Assembly: GCF_030028105.1 (NCBI RefSeq)
Contig: NC_092388.1
Location: 15,929,684-15,993,683, forward strand
Reading direction: 5' to 3'
From: Mobula birostris
Lineage: Eukaryota
Length of the DNA: 64,000 bases
Within the stretch, counting starts at the first letter, position 1. Each line of letters begins with the position of its first letter. Shown here in pieces: positions 34,734-48,209 of this stretch. The translations under genes were made by a program, and so were the position numbers. Under the pieces are notes generated by a model that was not told the DNA's origin, ran no database searches, and saw only the letters and a list, made by a program, of their open reading frames with translations.

Positions 34734-36811
34734 CAGCACCTATATAAAGTATTCCCTCCCCCCCCAACATCCCCCCCACCGGGGAAGCTGATTTAATTTG
34801 GCTTTTTTGACACTGATCAACAGAAAAGACTTTCTTTGTGTTAATGTGAAAACAAATTTCTACAAATTGGTCTAAATCTATTACAATTATGCAACACAAA
34901 ATAATTGACTGCATAATTACTCACCCCGTTCAAGTCAGTATTTAGTAGATGCTCCTTTGGCAGCACTTACAGCCTTGAATCTGTGTGGATAGGTCCGTAT
35001 CAGCTTTGCACATCTGGATGCAACAATTTTTCCCCATTCTTCTTTACAAAACTGCTCAAGCTCTGTAAGATTCTGGGCTCTGAATTGGCCACTCCAAGAT
35101 ATTAACTTTGTTGTTTTTAAGGCTTTCCTATGTAGCTTTGGCTTTATACTTGGGTTCATTGTCTTACTGGAAAATAATTCTTCTTCCAAGTCACAGTTCT
35201 CTTGCAGACTGTTTCAGGTTTCCCTCCAGGGTTTCCCTGTATTTTGCTGCATTCATTTTACCCTCTACTTTCACAAGCCATCCATGGCCTGCTGCAGTGA
35301 AGCATCCCCATAGCATGATGCAACTGCCTCGATTCCTATTGGGATGGTGTGTTTTTGATGACATGTGCTGTTTGGCTTATGCCAAACATAGTGTTTAGTG
35401 TAATGGCCATAAAGCTCAATTTTGGTTTCATCAGACCATAGCACCTTCTTCCAGCTGACTTCAGAGTCTCCCACATGCCTTCTGGCAAACTCTAGCTGAG
35501 ACTGCATGTGAGTTTTTTCAATGGCTTTCTCTTTGCCACTCTCCCATAAAGCTATAACAGGTGAAGCATCCAAGCAGCAGTTGTTGTACGCGCAGTCTCT
35601 TCCATCTCAGCCACTGAAGCTTGTAACTCCTCCAAAGTTGTCACAGGTCTCATGGTGGCCTCCCTCACTAGTCTCCTTCTTACATGGTCACTCAGCTTTT
35701 GAGGATGGCCTCCTCTAGGCAGATTTTGCCATATTCATTCCATTTCTTGATGATTTTCCATCATTCCCAGAATCCTGATTGAGAAGTTGCAGAACGTGGG
35801 CCTCTGTACCTCCCTGTGCAATTGGATCCTCAATTTCCTAACTGGAAGACCGCAATCTGTGTGGATTGGTGATAATATCTCCTCCTCGCTGACAATCAAC
35901 ACTGGTGCACTTCCGGGGCATGTGCTTAGCCCACTGCTCTACTCTCTATATACCCATGACTTTGTGGCTAGGCATAGCTCAAATACCATCTGTAAATTGC
36001 TGAGGATACAACCATTGTTGGTAGAATCCCAGGTGGTGGTGAGAGGGCGTACAGGAGTGAGATATGCCAACCAGTGGAGCAGTGCCGCAGCAACAACCTG
36101 GCACTCAATGTCAGTAAGATGAAAGAGCTGATTGTGGACTTCTGGAAGGGTAAGACGAAGGAACACATACCAATCCTCATAGAGGGATCAGAAGTGGAGA
36201 GAGTGAGCAGCTTCAAGTTCCTGGGTGTCAAAATCTCTGAGGATCTAACCTGGCCCCGACATATCGATGCAGTTATAAAGAAGGCAAGACAGCAGCTGTA
36301 CTTTATTAGTAGTTTGAAGAGATTTAGTATGTCAACAAATACACACAAAAACTTCTATAGATGTACCGTGGAGAGCATTCTGACAGGCTGCATCACTGTC
36401 TGGTACGTGGGGGGCGGGGGGGTGGGGGTGGCTACTGCACAGGAACAAAAGAAGCTGCAGAAGGTTGTAAATTTAGTCAGCTCCATCTTGGGTACTAGCC
36501 TACAATGTACCCAGGACATCTTCAAGAATCGGTGTCTCAGAAAGGCAGTGTCCATTACTAAGGACCTCCAGCACCCAGGGCATGCACTTTTCTCACTGTT
36601 ACCATTAGGTAGGAGGTACATGAGCCTGAATGCACCCAGTCAGTGATTCAGAAACAGCTCCTTCCCCTCTGCCATCTGATTCCTAAATGGACATTGAACC
36701 CTTGGACACTACCTCACTTTAAAAAAAATATATAGTATTTCTGTTTCTTGCACAATTTTTAATCTATTCTATATACATATACTGTATAAAGTATACTGAA
36801 TATGATTTGCT

Positions 36812-36844
<33 letters not shown>

Positions 36845-37400
36845 TTATATTTTTCTTCTATAGTACGTGTTGCATTGAACTGCTGCTGCTAAGTTAACAA
36901 ATTTCACGTCACATGCCGGTGATAATAAACCTGATTCTGATTCTGATTGTGTTTGTATTCCAAGGGATACTCAGTGACCTGGAAATTTTCTCGTATCCAT
37001 CTCCTGACTTGTGCTTTTCAATAACCTTTTCGCAGAGTTGCTTGAGCTGTTCTTTTGTCTTCATGGTGTAGCTTTTACCAGGATACTGACTCACCAGCAG
37101 TTGGAACTTTTAGATTGAAGTGTATTTTTACTACAATCAATTGAAACACTTGACTGCACACTAGTGATCTCCATTTAACTAACTATGTGACTTCAAAAAC
37201 CAATTGGCTGCACTAGTAATGATTTGATGTGCCATATTAAAGGGGGCGAATACCAATCCAATTATATTGTGTTTTATATTTGTAATTAATTTCGATCACT
37301 TTGTGGAGATCTGCTTTCACTTTGACACAAACAAAGTCTTTTTCTGATGATCAGTGTAAAAAAAAACAAATTAAATCCACTGTGATTCAATGTCGTAAAA
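34734..37400 (-). mobile_element. Tc1 transposon (IR/DR type) with decayed transposase, inserted in the Gypsy element
   Basis: TA-cagcacctatataaagtattc terminus; inverted blocks ~34790-34930 and ~37240-37380; frames MKTKEQ..VIEKHKSGDGYEKIS, WKKVLWSDETKIELYG, LEQFCKEEW..AKGASTKY. Confidence 0.9.
35755..36946 (+). mobile_element. Rex1/Babar LINE 3' half nested in Tc1
   Basis: [29 protein letters not shown]; [26 protein letters not shown]; (tgattc)n tail. Confidence 0.92.
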
Positions 37401-37533
37401 TTGTTGTAGAGGATTTCTTACTCTTGTGGGATAACATCTTTCTTGACAAGAGTTAGGTGTGGTGGTCAATCTGCTCAGCAGATGAAACTTGTGACTGTGA
37501 AGAAATCTTAGGTTCAGAAGCCTCCTCTGTAGT

Positions 37534-38200
37534 ATAGAACATAGAACATAGTAATCTACAACACATTATAGGCCCTTTGACCCATAATGTTGAGCCGACA
37601 ATGAAACCTACTCTAGAAACAGCCTGGTAATATCCTACCGCATAGCCCTCTATTTTTCTAAGCTCCATGTACATATCTAAGAGTCTCTTAAAAGACCCTC
37701 TTGTATACTCCTCCACCACCGTCGCCGGCAGTGCATTCCACACACCCACCACTCTCTGCGTGAAAAACTCACCCCTGACATCCCCTATGTACCTACTTCC
37801 AAGCACCTGAAAACTATGCCCTCTCGTGTTTGCCATTTCAGCTCTGGGAGAAAGCCTCTGACTATCCACACGATCAATGCCTCTCATCATCTTATACACC
37901 GCTATCTGGCCACCTCTCAGCCTCTGTTGCTTCAAGGGGAAAAGGCCAAGTTCACTCAACCATTCTCATAAGGCACGCTCTCCAAGCCAGGTAACATCAC
38001 TGTAAATCTCCTCTGCACTCTTTCCATAGTATCCACGTTGTTCCTGTAGTGACGTGACCAGAGTTGAACACAGTAATCCAAGCAGGGTTTGACCAAGGTC
38101 TTATATAGCTGTAACATTACCTCACGGCTCCTAAACTCAATCCCACGGTTGATGAATGCTAATGTACCATACGCTTTCTTAACAACACTGTCAACCATTG
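37534..38200 (-). mobile_element. CR1 LINE 3' end nested in the Gypsy integrase region
   Basis: VVKKAYGTLAFINRGIEFRSREVMLQLYKTLV..LDYCVQLWS; FFTQRVVGVWNALP; (atagaac)n tail. Confidence 0.92.
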
Positions 38201-41200
38201 CAGCAGTATGTCCAGGAGTGAAACATCAAATCTCCTTGTTTGAGGAGCCCTCAATTTGCCCGAGTTGTTTGACCTGCAAACTCCTTCTGGGACTGGGTTT
38301 GAGGAACAGCATAGCTGGTGAGTTGTTGGTTGAGGAGTGTGCTGCTCTGTGATCTGCAAGGAGGAAATTGGAGAGATTCTGATCCAGTGTCAGTGTAGTG
38401 TCTGCTGCTGACACTGCTTGCAGTGCATTCTTTAGACTCTGAACAAACCTCACTACCAAGCCATTTGCAGGAGGATGAGGCAGAGCAGATGTAATACGTC
38501 TTATTCCACTTAATTTCAGGAATGACTGAAACTGTTCTTCAACAAACGGTGGTCCATTGTCACTGACTAAGCGTTCTGGAACACCAGTCCTTAAGAGGCC
38601 TCCTTACGCATCAACGGTGTGCGAGGCTGTAGTAGAGGTTATTGGAAACATTTCTAGGCACTTTGTAGCTGCAGTCACTACTATCAAGAAATTTGTGCCC
38701 ATGAATGGTCTGGCAAGATCGACGTGAATCTTCTGCCAGGGCAATGCAGGCCATTCCCGGGGATGGAGAGGCGTTGTTCTTCACATCTTCTGAACGTGTT
38801 GGCATCCTGCATATCGCATGGCGAGCTGATTGATCTGCTAATCGATTCCAGGCCACGAGACAAAGCTTTAAGCCCACACTTTCATTTTGACCATGCTCAG
38901 ATGACCAGCATGTAGCTCCCCCAACACTTCAGCTCTCAGCTTGGATGGTACAGCAATTTTCAATCCCCACATAAGGCAACCCCCTTCAAGGGAATATTCA
39001 TCCCATCACTGGTATAAATGGGGAAACTGGGATTCCAGCTGCATTTTCCAGATATTTTGGGTTGTCATGTAGAAATGAGACAGTGTGGGTCTTCTCTATT
39101 TTACTGTTGGATCATCCATAGGATAAGCAGACTTTTGATTTGCATTTGGAAAATGCATCAAGTGGAAAGTCTTCCTTTGTCAATTTTTTAGATATTTCCT
39201 TTTTCAAGGGTAAATGAGACAAAGTAAGACAGTGTTTTGGATTTGTACTGTGGACTATGATTCTATCATTTTTTTTATATTCTGTATTTTTGCCTGTTCG
39301 TTTTTGTTTTTCTGTGTAGGGGATGGGAAATTGGAGGTCGAAGTTCTTGTAACATTTTGTGTTGGGGAGGTGGCTCTGGGGGGTCAATGTTATTGCATTT
39401 TTTATTGTTAGTTTTTTTGTGTGGAGAGAGGGGGATTTGGAGGCAGATGTTCTTTTTGCATTTCGTGCGGGGGAAAGGGGATTGGGGGTTAATGTTCTTG
39501 TTGTATTTCATGGGGGGGGTTTGGAGGTTGATGATCATGTTGCTGATCTTTTGTTTCTTGGTTTCATGGCTATCTGGAGAAGAGGAATCTCAGAGTTGTG
39601 TACATTGATAATAAATGAACCTTTGAATCTTTTTGAAAGCCACCTCACACTGTTTGTCCATTGCTATTTATTCCTGATCTGTCGTAATGAGTTCAAGGGG
39701 TGGACCACAGTAGTCAGATTTAGCAGGAAACTGTTATAGTAATTGATAAGTCCTAAAAAGAACCACAACCAGGAACCATGACATGTCCTTTGATGTTGAA
39801 TCATCCATCACTACTTGAATTTTCTCAGCAGACTTGTGTAATACTTGTGCGTCAATGGTGTGACCACAGTAAGTGATGCTTAGTTTAAATAATTCACAGA
39901 TCCTGACAGACCCATTCTTCTTGGCTACTGGGACCAGTTACATTGCCCATAGGCTCCACTCAATCTTGGAAAGAATTTCTTCAGCCTCCATGCATTCTAA
40001 CTGACTGGCTACTTTATCATGGACAGCATAAAGAATTGGATGGGCTTTGTAAGGCTTTGGTGGGACATTTTTATTCAACACTATTTTACCTTTGAAATGT
40101 TTACATTTTCCAATACCATCCTTGATCACTGCTGTGGTATCATTCAGCATCTTTCCTCATTCACTTTCAGTTGATTTTATTGCAGGAGATGTAGCATGTA
40201 AATCACGGATAGATCTCCAATTGAGAAATGTGAAAACCAATCACAGTCCCACAATGCTGGCTCTCCCGTTCTTACCACATGCAAGCCTAATGTGGCTTGT
40301 TGCTTGTCATTCCTTCAGGAGTCACCCTTTCTCCAGTGTAAGTTCTTAGTTCAATATCTGCAGGCTTCAGTTAAGTATCTTTGAAATGCCATTCAAACTC
40401 ATTTTTGTGGAGTGTTTGAAACAGCTGAGCCAGTGTCCAATTCCATGTTAATTAATTTGCCATTCACTTCCAGTGTAACCCATATTGCTTGCCTCTTATT
40501 CATTTTCACTTTGAAAATCTCAACTCTACTCACTTCTCTGTCACTCTTATAATTATCAGATTTTTCATCAACAGCATGCGGATTAGTGCTCTTTATGAAG
40601 CTGCGCCTTGACTTTTTATCTTTTCCTGTACCTTATGCAGCCCATTTAGTTTTATCTGTCTGACATGCTGTTTGTATGTGTTCTGCTTTGTTGCATCTTC
40701 TGTAAGTTTAGCCTTTAAACCTTCATTGGTTCAGTATATATGAGCCCCTGTCACAATGGTAACGCAATTTGTTTGGTCAAACAGGTTCCTGTTTAAACTT
40801 TGCAATTTTGTTCACTCTCACTTTCATTCCTGACTGCAACTAACTTGTGTCTCAGTCTGCAATATTCATTGATACAGTGATTTCAACTGCTTTTTTAAAT
40901 GTGAGTTGTACTTCGGTTAGGAGTCATTTTTAAATGTTTTCTTCTAAGGTTCCACAAACTAAACGATATCTTGGTGCAATACTAAGCCCTTCACTGAACT
41001 GACAATGAAGAGAAAATCTCTTCAAATAATCCATGTACACCGAAATGGACTCCCCTTCACTTTGATTCTGGTTGTGAAACCTTATGCGTTCTGCAATCAA
41101 TAATGGTTTCACTCTAAATCCACTGTGATTCAATGTTGTAAAATTGTTGTAGAGGATTTCTTACTCTTGTGGAACAACATCTTTCTTGACAAGAGTTAGG

Positions 41201-41231
41201 TGTGGTGGTCAATCTGCTTAGCAGATGAAAC

Positions 41232-42655
41232 TGTCACAATGGCGGTACATTGGAAGCAAGGGTGGACCCAAATGCAAGACACATCATGTGAGGTTACTTA
41301 GATTTAGTTTATTGTTCAATACCAGGAGAGCAAGGCAGGAGCAGGAAATAGCGAACTGGACAAGGACTCAGGACTACGACTAGGCTGGGACCAAGGGTCT
41401 GGGCTTGGACTCGGAATCAGCTCCCAGAACCAGAGGAGACATGAAGAGGCTAGGGTATGGACTCCAAGCCCAAGACTGGGCAAGGACCCAGTACCTGGGT
41501 CTTGCCTCTGGCTCGGACCCCAGAACCAGGCATGGACATGACATGGGAGAGGAGGAACATGGGAACACAGAGCCTCGGTCTTGGGAGAGCAGGTACATGG
41601 AACCATGGACACATACACAGAACACAGAGTCGGGACCCCTCCTTGGGTACAGGACATAGGGCCGGGACTCATGACCCACAGCGGGGCAATGACAAGACGG
41701 CCTGACCTACCCCACGGAGGTGAGGACAAGACAAGACATGACTCCCTGTGGGGCAACGGCAAGACAGCCTGACTTACCCCACGGAGGCGAGGACAGGACA
41801 AGACATGACCCCCCGTGGGGCAATGGCAAGACAGCCTGACTTACCCCACGGAGGCGAGGACAGGACAAGACATGACCCCCCGTGGGGCAATGGCAAGACG
41901 GCCTGACTTACCCCACGGAGGCGAGGACAAGACACGACAAGACATGACTCCCCGCGGGGCAACGGCAAGACGGCCTGACTTACCCCACGGAGGCGAGGAC
42001 AGGACAAGACAAGACCAACACGAATGAACACCAGACAGTACCTATCTAGCTCCGGTGTTGGAACTAGACCGAAGTGCAGGTGAGGGCTGCAGACGAGGGC
42101 TAGAGGTGAGAGGGGCAGAGAAGGGATGCAGACAAGGGGGTAGGACAGGAATCACAGACCGCCAGGGCCAGGACTTGACTCAGAACTAGGAAGCTGCCAG
42201 TATCAGGACTTGACTTGGTGCTTGAATGCCGCTGGAGTCAGGACTTGACTTGGAGCCTCTGGGTAGTGGTGAGCTCTCAACTCGGCCCGGGAACAGTAGA
42301 CAGCAGTTCTTGATTCTCTCCGGCAGGTTAACTGACGGACCCACCTCGGTGAGGAAACTTTGCAGGCTCGTTTTGGCGAGGTAACTGGACAGGATTGCTC
42401 TGGTGAGGAGAGGCGAATTACCAGCACTCGCTTCGGCAGAAACTAGGCTTGCTCCGGCCAGATGACATCGGCACACCGTACCTTAGATGACTTTGCAGAC
42501 ACTCCCGCACCGAACGGCTGAAAGCTGGAGATTATAGACTACCGGTTCAACCGAGTGTTAATTGCCTCTAATCACCAAAGTCGAGGGACACGGGAAAACA
42601 GGGAATGAACAATAAACAAGCTAAATTTAAAGGGACCCTGATCTGGACCATGACA
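41232..42655 (-). mobile_element. 1424-bp solo LTR-like element
   Basis: TGTCA...TGACA termini; perfect 5-bp TSD gaaac (41227-41231 and 42656-42660); AATAAA on the minus strand at ~41308-41313; no retroelement ORF recognised. Confidence 0.85.
41669..42014. repeat. Minisatellite, ~5 copies of a 67-bp unit
   Basis: ggggcaa recurs at 41683, 41750, 41817, 41884 and 41956 (periods 67, 67, 67, 72). Confidence 0.92.
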
Positions 42656-43486
42656 GAAACTTGTGACTGTGAAACAATCTTAGGTTCACTATATCAACAA
42701 AGATAATTTTTGTTGGATTGGTTAGAGCAGTTAAACTTCTAAGCAAACTGTATGCTCTTCTAACAAAACTGGCACTTATTTCTCACTGGTTATTTCATTT
42801 GATTTAAAATACTGTTCAATTAGCTCAATATAGTATATCCAGTTATCTCTTGTGCAACCAGAACCATTCATCTTTGTGTTATAGTCAGCCATTTGTGCTT
42901 TGTTTTAATTTATTGTTATCACCCAGTACTCACTGTTTATGAATCCATGAACTCTGTTTGGTTTCTGTTATTTCTTAACTCAAACATTGCTCTCTCCCCT
43001 TGCGAAGAAAGAAAAAACCTGGTGTGTTTTTTTTTAAGTTGCATGTCTCAGTGCACTCCAGTGTCTTGGATTCATTTTAAACTCACTCCTCACCACCATT
43101 ATGTTTTGTAACTCTAGAAACTAAATAAAAGAAAAGCACGGGAGCCCGGGAATAAATGTGACTGCTTCGTTTCCTTAGTTTATTGAGACATGCACTTATG
43201 AGATGGTAGTGAGATGACAAAACCCATTCAAGTGCTTTTACATATCACCTGTAATAATTATGTAAACAACAGAGAATGCAATATATTTACAATATTACTC
43301 AAATATTAAATACACAGCAACAGTACTATGGCAGTGAAAGTAGACTCTCCTTTGCCAATTTTATGTCCTCTTCTCCCCTGCTACCCTGACTTTCACAACA
43401 GATGATGCAAACTGTCCAGATCCAAGTGTCCAGATCACTGTCGTTAAACCATAGTAGAAGATGATTAACACTTTAAATTGTATCTA

Positions 43487-44560
43487 CACTCAGTGGCCAA
43501 CTTATTAGGTACAGGATTGGAACCCAGTGTGTTCATATTGCAAAATAAATTTATTACCAATATACTTATACTGTATGTCACATTATACAACCCTGAGATT
43601 AACACTTTGTGAACATTCACAGGAGCTATAAAGAAACAACTGTAAGTGTAATCATAAGTATAAAATGAGTAGAGCAGGGGCTAAGCACACATCCTTGTGG
43701 TGCACTTGTGCTGATGGAGATTGTGAAGGAGATGTTGTTGCCAATCGAAACTGACTGGGATCTGCAGGTGAGGAAATCAAGGATGCAGTTGCACAGGAGG
43801 TAATGAAGTCTGGGTTTGGAGCTTATTGATTAATCGTATTGATTATACTGAAATCTATGAATAGCAAACTGATGTACGCCTCTTCACAGTCCAGATATTC
43901 CAGGGCTGAGTGAACAGCCAACAAAACAGCATCTGCTGTTGACCTGTTGTGACGGTAAGCAAATTGGAGTGGTTCTAAGTCATTCCTCAGGCAGGAATTG
44001 ATATGTTTCATCACCAACCTCTCAAAGCACTTCATCGCAATGGATATAGGTGCTGCTAGAAGCTGGTATTTCAGTTTTCTGCTGTAGTAGCCCACCTACA
44101 TCAAGGTATGTATGATATGTGTTTTCAGAGACTCTCCTCTGTACAACACTGTTGTACATGTGGTTATTTGAATCATTATCACCTTCCTGTCAGCTTGAAC
44201 AAGTGTGGCCTTTCTCTTCTGTTCTCTCTCGTTAGCAAGACACTGTTGCCCACAGAACTGATGCTCACTAGATGATTTTGCACCGTTCTCTGTAAACCCT
44301 AGAGACTGCTGTGCATGAATATCCAAAGAGATAAGCATTTTCTATGATACTCAAAACACCTCATCTGGCACTAACAAACTTTCCATTGTCATAGTCGCTT
44401 AAATTTTTTTCCCCATTCTGATGTTTAGTCCAAGTAACAACTAAACCTCTTCACCTAGTCTGCATGTTTTTAAGCATTGAGTTGCTGCCACATGTTTGGC
44501 TGATAAGTTTTTCTTAACATGCAGGTGTACAGGTATAACCAATAAGGTGGCCACTGATTA
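43487..44560. mobile_element. Non-autonomous Tc1-like element with a nested Rex1 RT fragment (~43640-44050, -)
   Basis: TA-cactcagtggccaacttattaggtac ... ccaataaggtggccactgatta-TA TIRs; nested MKCFERLVMKHI..LQFAYRHNRSTADA. Confidence 0.8.
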
Positions 44561-45539
44561 TATCTGGACTTCGATAATAAACTTACATTGACTTTGATTT
44601 ACCATTGAACCTGCACTCAAGCCAACAGATATTTAAACACAGAGCCTAAAGAATCCTATGTGCAAGTTCTGTTTTTCTAAGCTCCTTTTCAACTGATAAG
44701 TATTGAAATGTGACTGGCTGGTTTTGTAATTTTGTAAATTCCTGGCAAAACACATGAATCAGAGCAATTTTATGCAGTCATTAGATTGTGCAAGGATACG
44801 TTCTAATGTTTCAAACACTAAACATAGTTATAAATATTGACACAGAGAAATCAACGGATTATCTGTCAACTCAACAGTTATGGATAACAAAGCATGTTTG
44901 ATAGGATATCCTGAGAATCTATGAAGGTATGTCCACAACCACACACAGAAATACTGAAACAAGGTTTCATATGTTAACATATGGTTTTGCAAATGTATAC
45001 AGAATATGATTGGAAGAGGAGATGGGTCAATTTTCAGGACATTTGCAAAGCTTACTTATTAAAGAGATGGAATTGCAGTTTGCAAAGGAATCCTTGACGG
45101 GCTGATCACTAAACACATGAAACCAAGCCCACACTGATCACTGGGGTGAGTTGTGTTGAAGGTTACATAGCCAAACTTTATTACCCTTATTATTTATAGT
45201 TTATATTATTACAAGTAAATCACAGCATTAGGCTGTGATATATAACTATTCTGATTCAACTTCACAACAAAGCGAGAATAGAGTATAGAACAGATGCAAT
45301 TATTTCCATCTCTCAAGCAAATCATGCAAGAGAAACTAACCCTTTGCTCTGAGATGCATACAACTCTTCAGGAGAATTCACTCCTGCTGAAAGCAGTTAG
45401 TCGCAGGACACATGCGATTAGAGAGAACCTTTCATACATTAAGATGCAGACTCAAAGCTCTATGTAGATTATAAAGATAAATCAGTAGTCATAAATATGA
45501 GACAAAATTGAAAATCATAAGTAAGAACAAACATTGAAG

Positions 45540-47640
45540 ATACCAAATTATATAAATGTAATTAACATCAATGGGCATTAAGTAATTCTATAGGTAGGGC
45601 AAATTTAAAAAGTAGGCCTATAAGAAGTGTTTTGAAAGTTCTACTGTACTAGCCTGGCGTATCTCAATCAGTACAGCGTTCCAGATTTTTGCTTTATAAG
45701 AGCAAAAAACTGCATCACCAATTCGTATATGCTTGGCTCTAGGCACACTAAGCAAACCAGTATTCGTGGATCTAAGATTACGATTAAGGATGCAAGCCGA
45801 TAGACACTCCAAAATATAGGGAGGAAAGAGTTAAATTATTCACAGCCTTATATATGTAGCCCCCCTGGCCACTCTCAGGGTCGCTCGGCTCGCTGTCGTC
45901 TAGGGAAACAGCCTCGGCCCCGCCAAACTGGATAATTCGTTTGTGTGGATGCTGTGTGAGGTACCCCACCCCGCCCAAATAACAGACAATACACCAGACG
46001 CAATTAAATGATTTACAGTTTATAGATATTACTGGAACTATATAATTAAAAGAGAACAAAATATAAAAGGAAAATAAAAGGCGCCACACTTATCAAAGTT
46101 CAATCTCTTCGTGCACAAAAACCATTGGAGCTCAAGGACCTTCTTCTTCACCCTGCGACCCCCTCGGACCACCTCGACCGGCCGCCTGGGACCAATAACG
46201 GTGGTCGACCAGACGCTCCATACGAGTCCGTCTCCGTCTCCTCTCCTCGCCGAACGTCCCGCTCGGGGTCCGACCCCGTTAGCGGACTCACAGCACGCCA
46301 TTTTAATTGGCCTCCGCAGTAACATAAAAATCGAAACCCCCTTACATATACAATTAAGAGTGTTTTAAAATTGATCCTAAGGGATACAGGCAGCCAGGGT
46401 AATGATGCCAAAACAGGTGAATTGCACTCAGATTTTCTTTTTTTGGTTAAAACTCTTGCAGCGAGTTTTAAAAAATCTTTGTTCAGCAATCCTGAAAGGA
46501 GTGCATTACAGTAGTCTAATCTGTTAAAAACTAAAATGTGTATCAATTTTTCTGCATCTTGAGATGTTATAAGGAATCAAAAGCTTGCAATGTTCCTTTT
46601 AATGAAAGAACACAGTCTGAGTAATATGGTTAATATATGATTTGAAATTTAGCTCAGAGTCAACAATAATGCCTAATTTTTTTTATTTCTGGCTTGATTT
46701 GTAAGGCCAGATGATCATTTGTTTCTAAGACTCACACCTTTATTATTGCTACCAATAACCAAAACTTCTGTTTTCTTCCTTCTTTAGTTTAAGGAAATTC
46801 GAACTCGTCCATTCTGTAATGCTAGTAAGACACTGGAGTAGAGAGTTTAGAGCCTCAGGGTCATCTGGTGGTATAGACAAATACAGTTGTGTGTCGTCTA
46901 CATAGCTGTGGTAATTCACCCTGCGTTCTGAATAACCTGACCTAATGGGAGCATGTAGAGTAAGAACAACAACGGGCCAAGAATTGATCCTTGTGGCACA
47001 CCACACACAATATCATGGATTTTAGACACTCAATCACCACAGCTAACAGAGAATTTTCTTCCTGTTATATAAGATTGAAACCAGCTTAAGACAATACCAG
47101 AGAGACCTTCCCATTGACTGTGGTGGTTTATGAGAGTGCTGTGATCTACAGTATCAAATGCCACACTCAAATCTAAGAAAACAAGCAATGATATGTTGCC
47201 TGTGTCGGCATTAAGAGATAAGTCATTAACTACTTTAAGCAATGCAGTTTCTGTACAAGATCTGTTCTAAAGCATGATTAATGCTTGGAGGAGAATAGAA
47301 CTTTTATTCAAGTATTCACTTAATTGTGAAAAACTACTTTTTCTAAAATTTTACTTATGTAAGTAATAGGTGTAATATTGTCCAAAGCAGAACAATCCAC
47401 ATTATTTTTCTTACGCAAGGTTTTAACTACTGCATTTTATAAGAAATCCGGAAAAATGCCAGAAACTAGTGTGCCATTATCTATGTCAAGTTCATTGTCG
47501 ATTCGAGTGTCAGAAGTTTCTTTAAGGAAGCCTGTGGGAATACGATCAAGAATACAAGTGGGTGGTTTTAGCTGAGTAATTATTCCTTGAACTTCTGTTA
47601 AATTGATTTTAGTAAAGGACTTTAGTTCACAGCACTGAGC
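45540..47640 (-). mobile_element. L2-clade LINE ORF2 3' half (decayed)
   Basis: LDLSVAFDTVDH, YVDDTQLY and RLDYCNALLSGL..PVLASLPWLPV..INFK frames. Confidence 0.88.
45855..46346 (-). mobile_element. Young CpG-rich solo LTR (492 bp) inserted in L2
   Basis: TGTA...TACA termini; 4-bp TSD tata (45851-45854 and 46347-46350); L2 frame continues on both sides; strand is tentative. Confidence 0.85.
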
Positions 47641-48209
47641 TCATTGAGGTTCAACAAGGCTTACTCTTGAGGTCTGTTTTATATTACATTGTATATTGAT
47701 TTTTTTTCTGTAAAATGCAGCATAACTCTCTCTTTTGCATGCATCCATCGAGATCATTTCATTACAACAAGGCTTTGAGGTAGTACAAGGTAAAGCAATA
47801 ACAGAGTGTAGAGTAGAGTGTTACAGTTACAGAGAAAGTGCAGGTAAACAATGAGGTGCAAGGCTATAATGAAGTAGATGGTGAGGTCAAGAGCCCAGCT
47901 TAAAATACTAGGGAACCATTCAATAATCTTATAACCATGGGATCACAGATCCCCTTGAGTCTGCTGGCACATGCTTTTAGGCTTTTGAATCTTCTGCCTG
48001 ATGGGTAGGGGGGAGAAGAGAGAACGTCTGGGGAGTGATGCAGGCACTACACAATGTAAGCACAACAGCAGATTCCAGTAGACCTGAGAGATGTACATAA
48101 TCATTAGAGGGTGGTAAATGGGGCAACAGTATGGAGTCTGCATCAGAGGATACTGTCTGCTCTAACTTCTGCCTGGCTCGACATTGATGCTAATCTTTTG
48201 GTGGAGTTT

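Larger units (their letters stand above)
34459..43322 (-). mobile_element. Decayed Gypsy/Ty3 LTR retrotransposon with multiple nested insertions
   Basis: Diverged ~220-bp LTRs at 34459-34680 and 43102-43322 (tgttttgtaac...atttacaatattactcaaatattaaata); PBS-like tggtggtgagg next to the 5' LTR; gag-like LIAERIRFH..QSEGESIS (40930-41110); protease MELDTGSAVS (~40417-40446); integrase PERLVSDNGPPFVE (~38540-38580). Confidence 0.85.

Noticed and set aside
36074-36646. 190-aa ORF as a host gene
   Set aside because: It is the post-RT C-terminal part of a 5'-truncated, frameshifted Rex1/Babar LINE.
41669-42014. CRISPR-like array with palindromic repeats
   Set aside because: Whole units are repeated with no unique spacers, no cas genes are present, and the context is a vertebrate LTR; it is a minisatellite.
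34455-43326. Target-site duplication for the Gypsy provirus
   Set aside because: The flanks (ccta versus gtac) do not match and the LTRs are quite diverged, so single-insertion origin is not proven.
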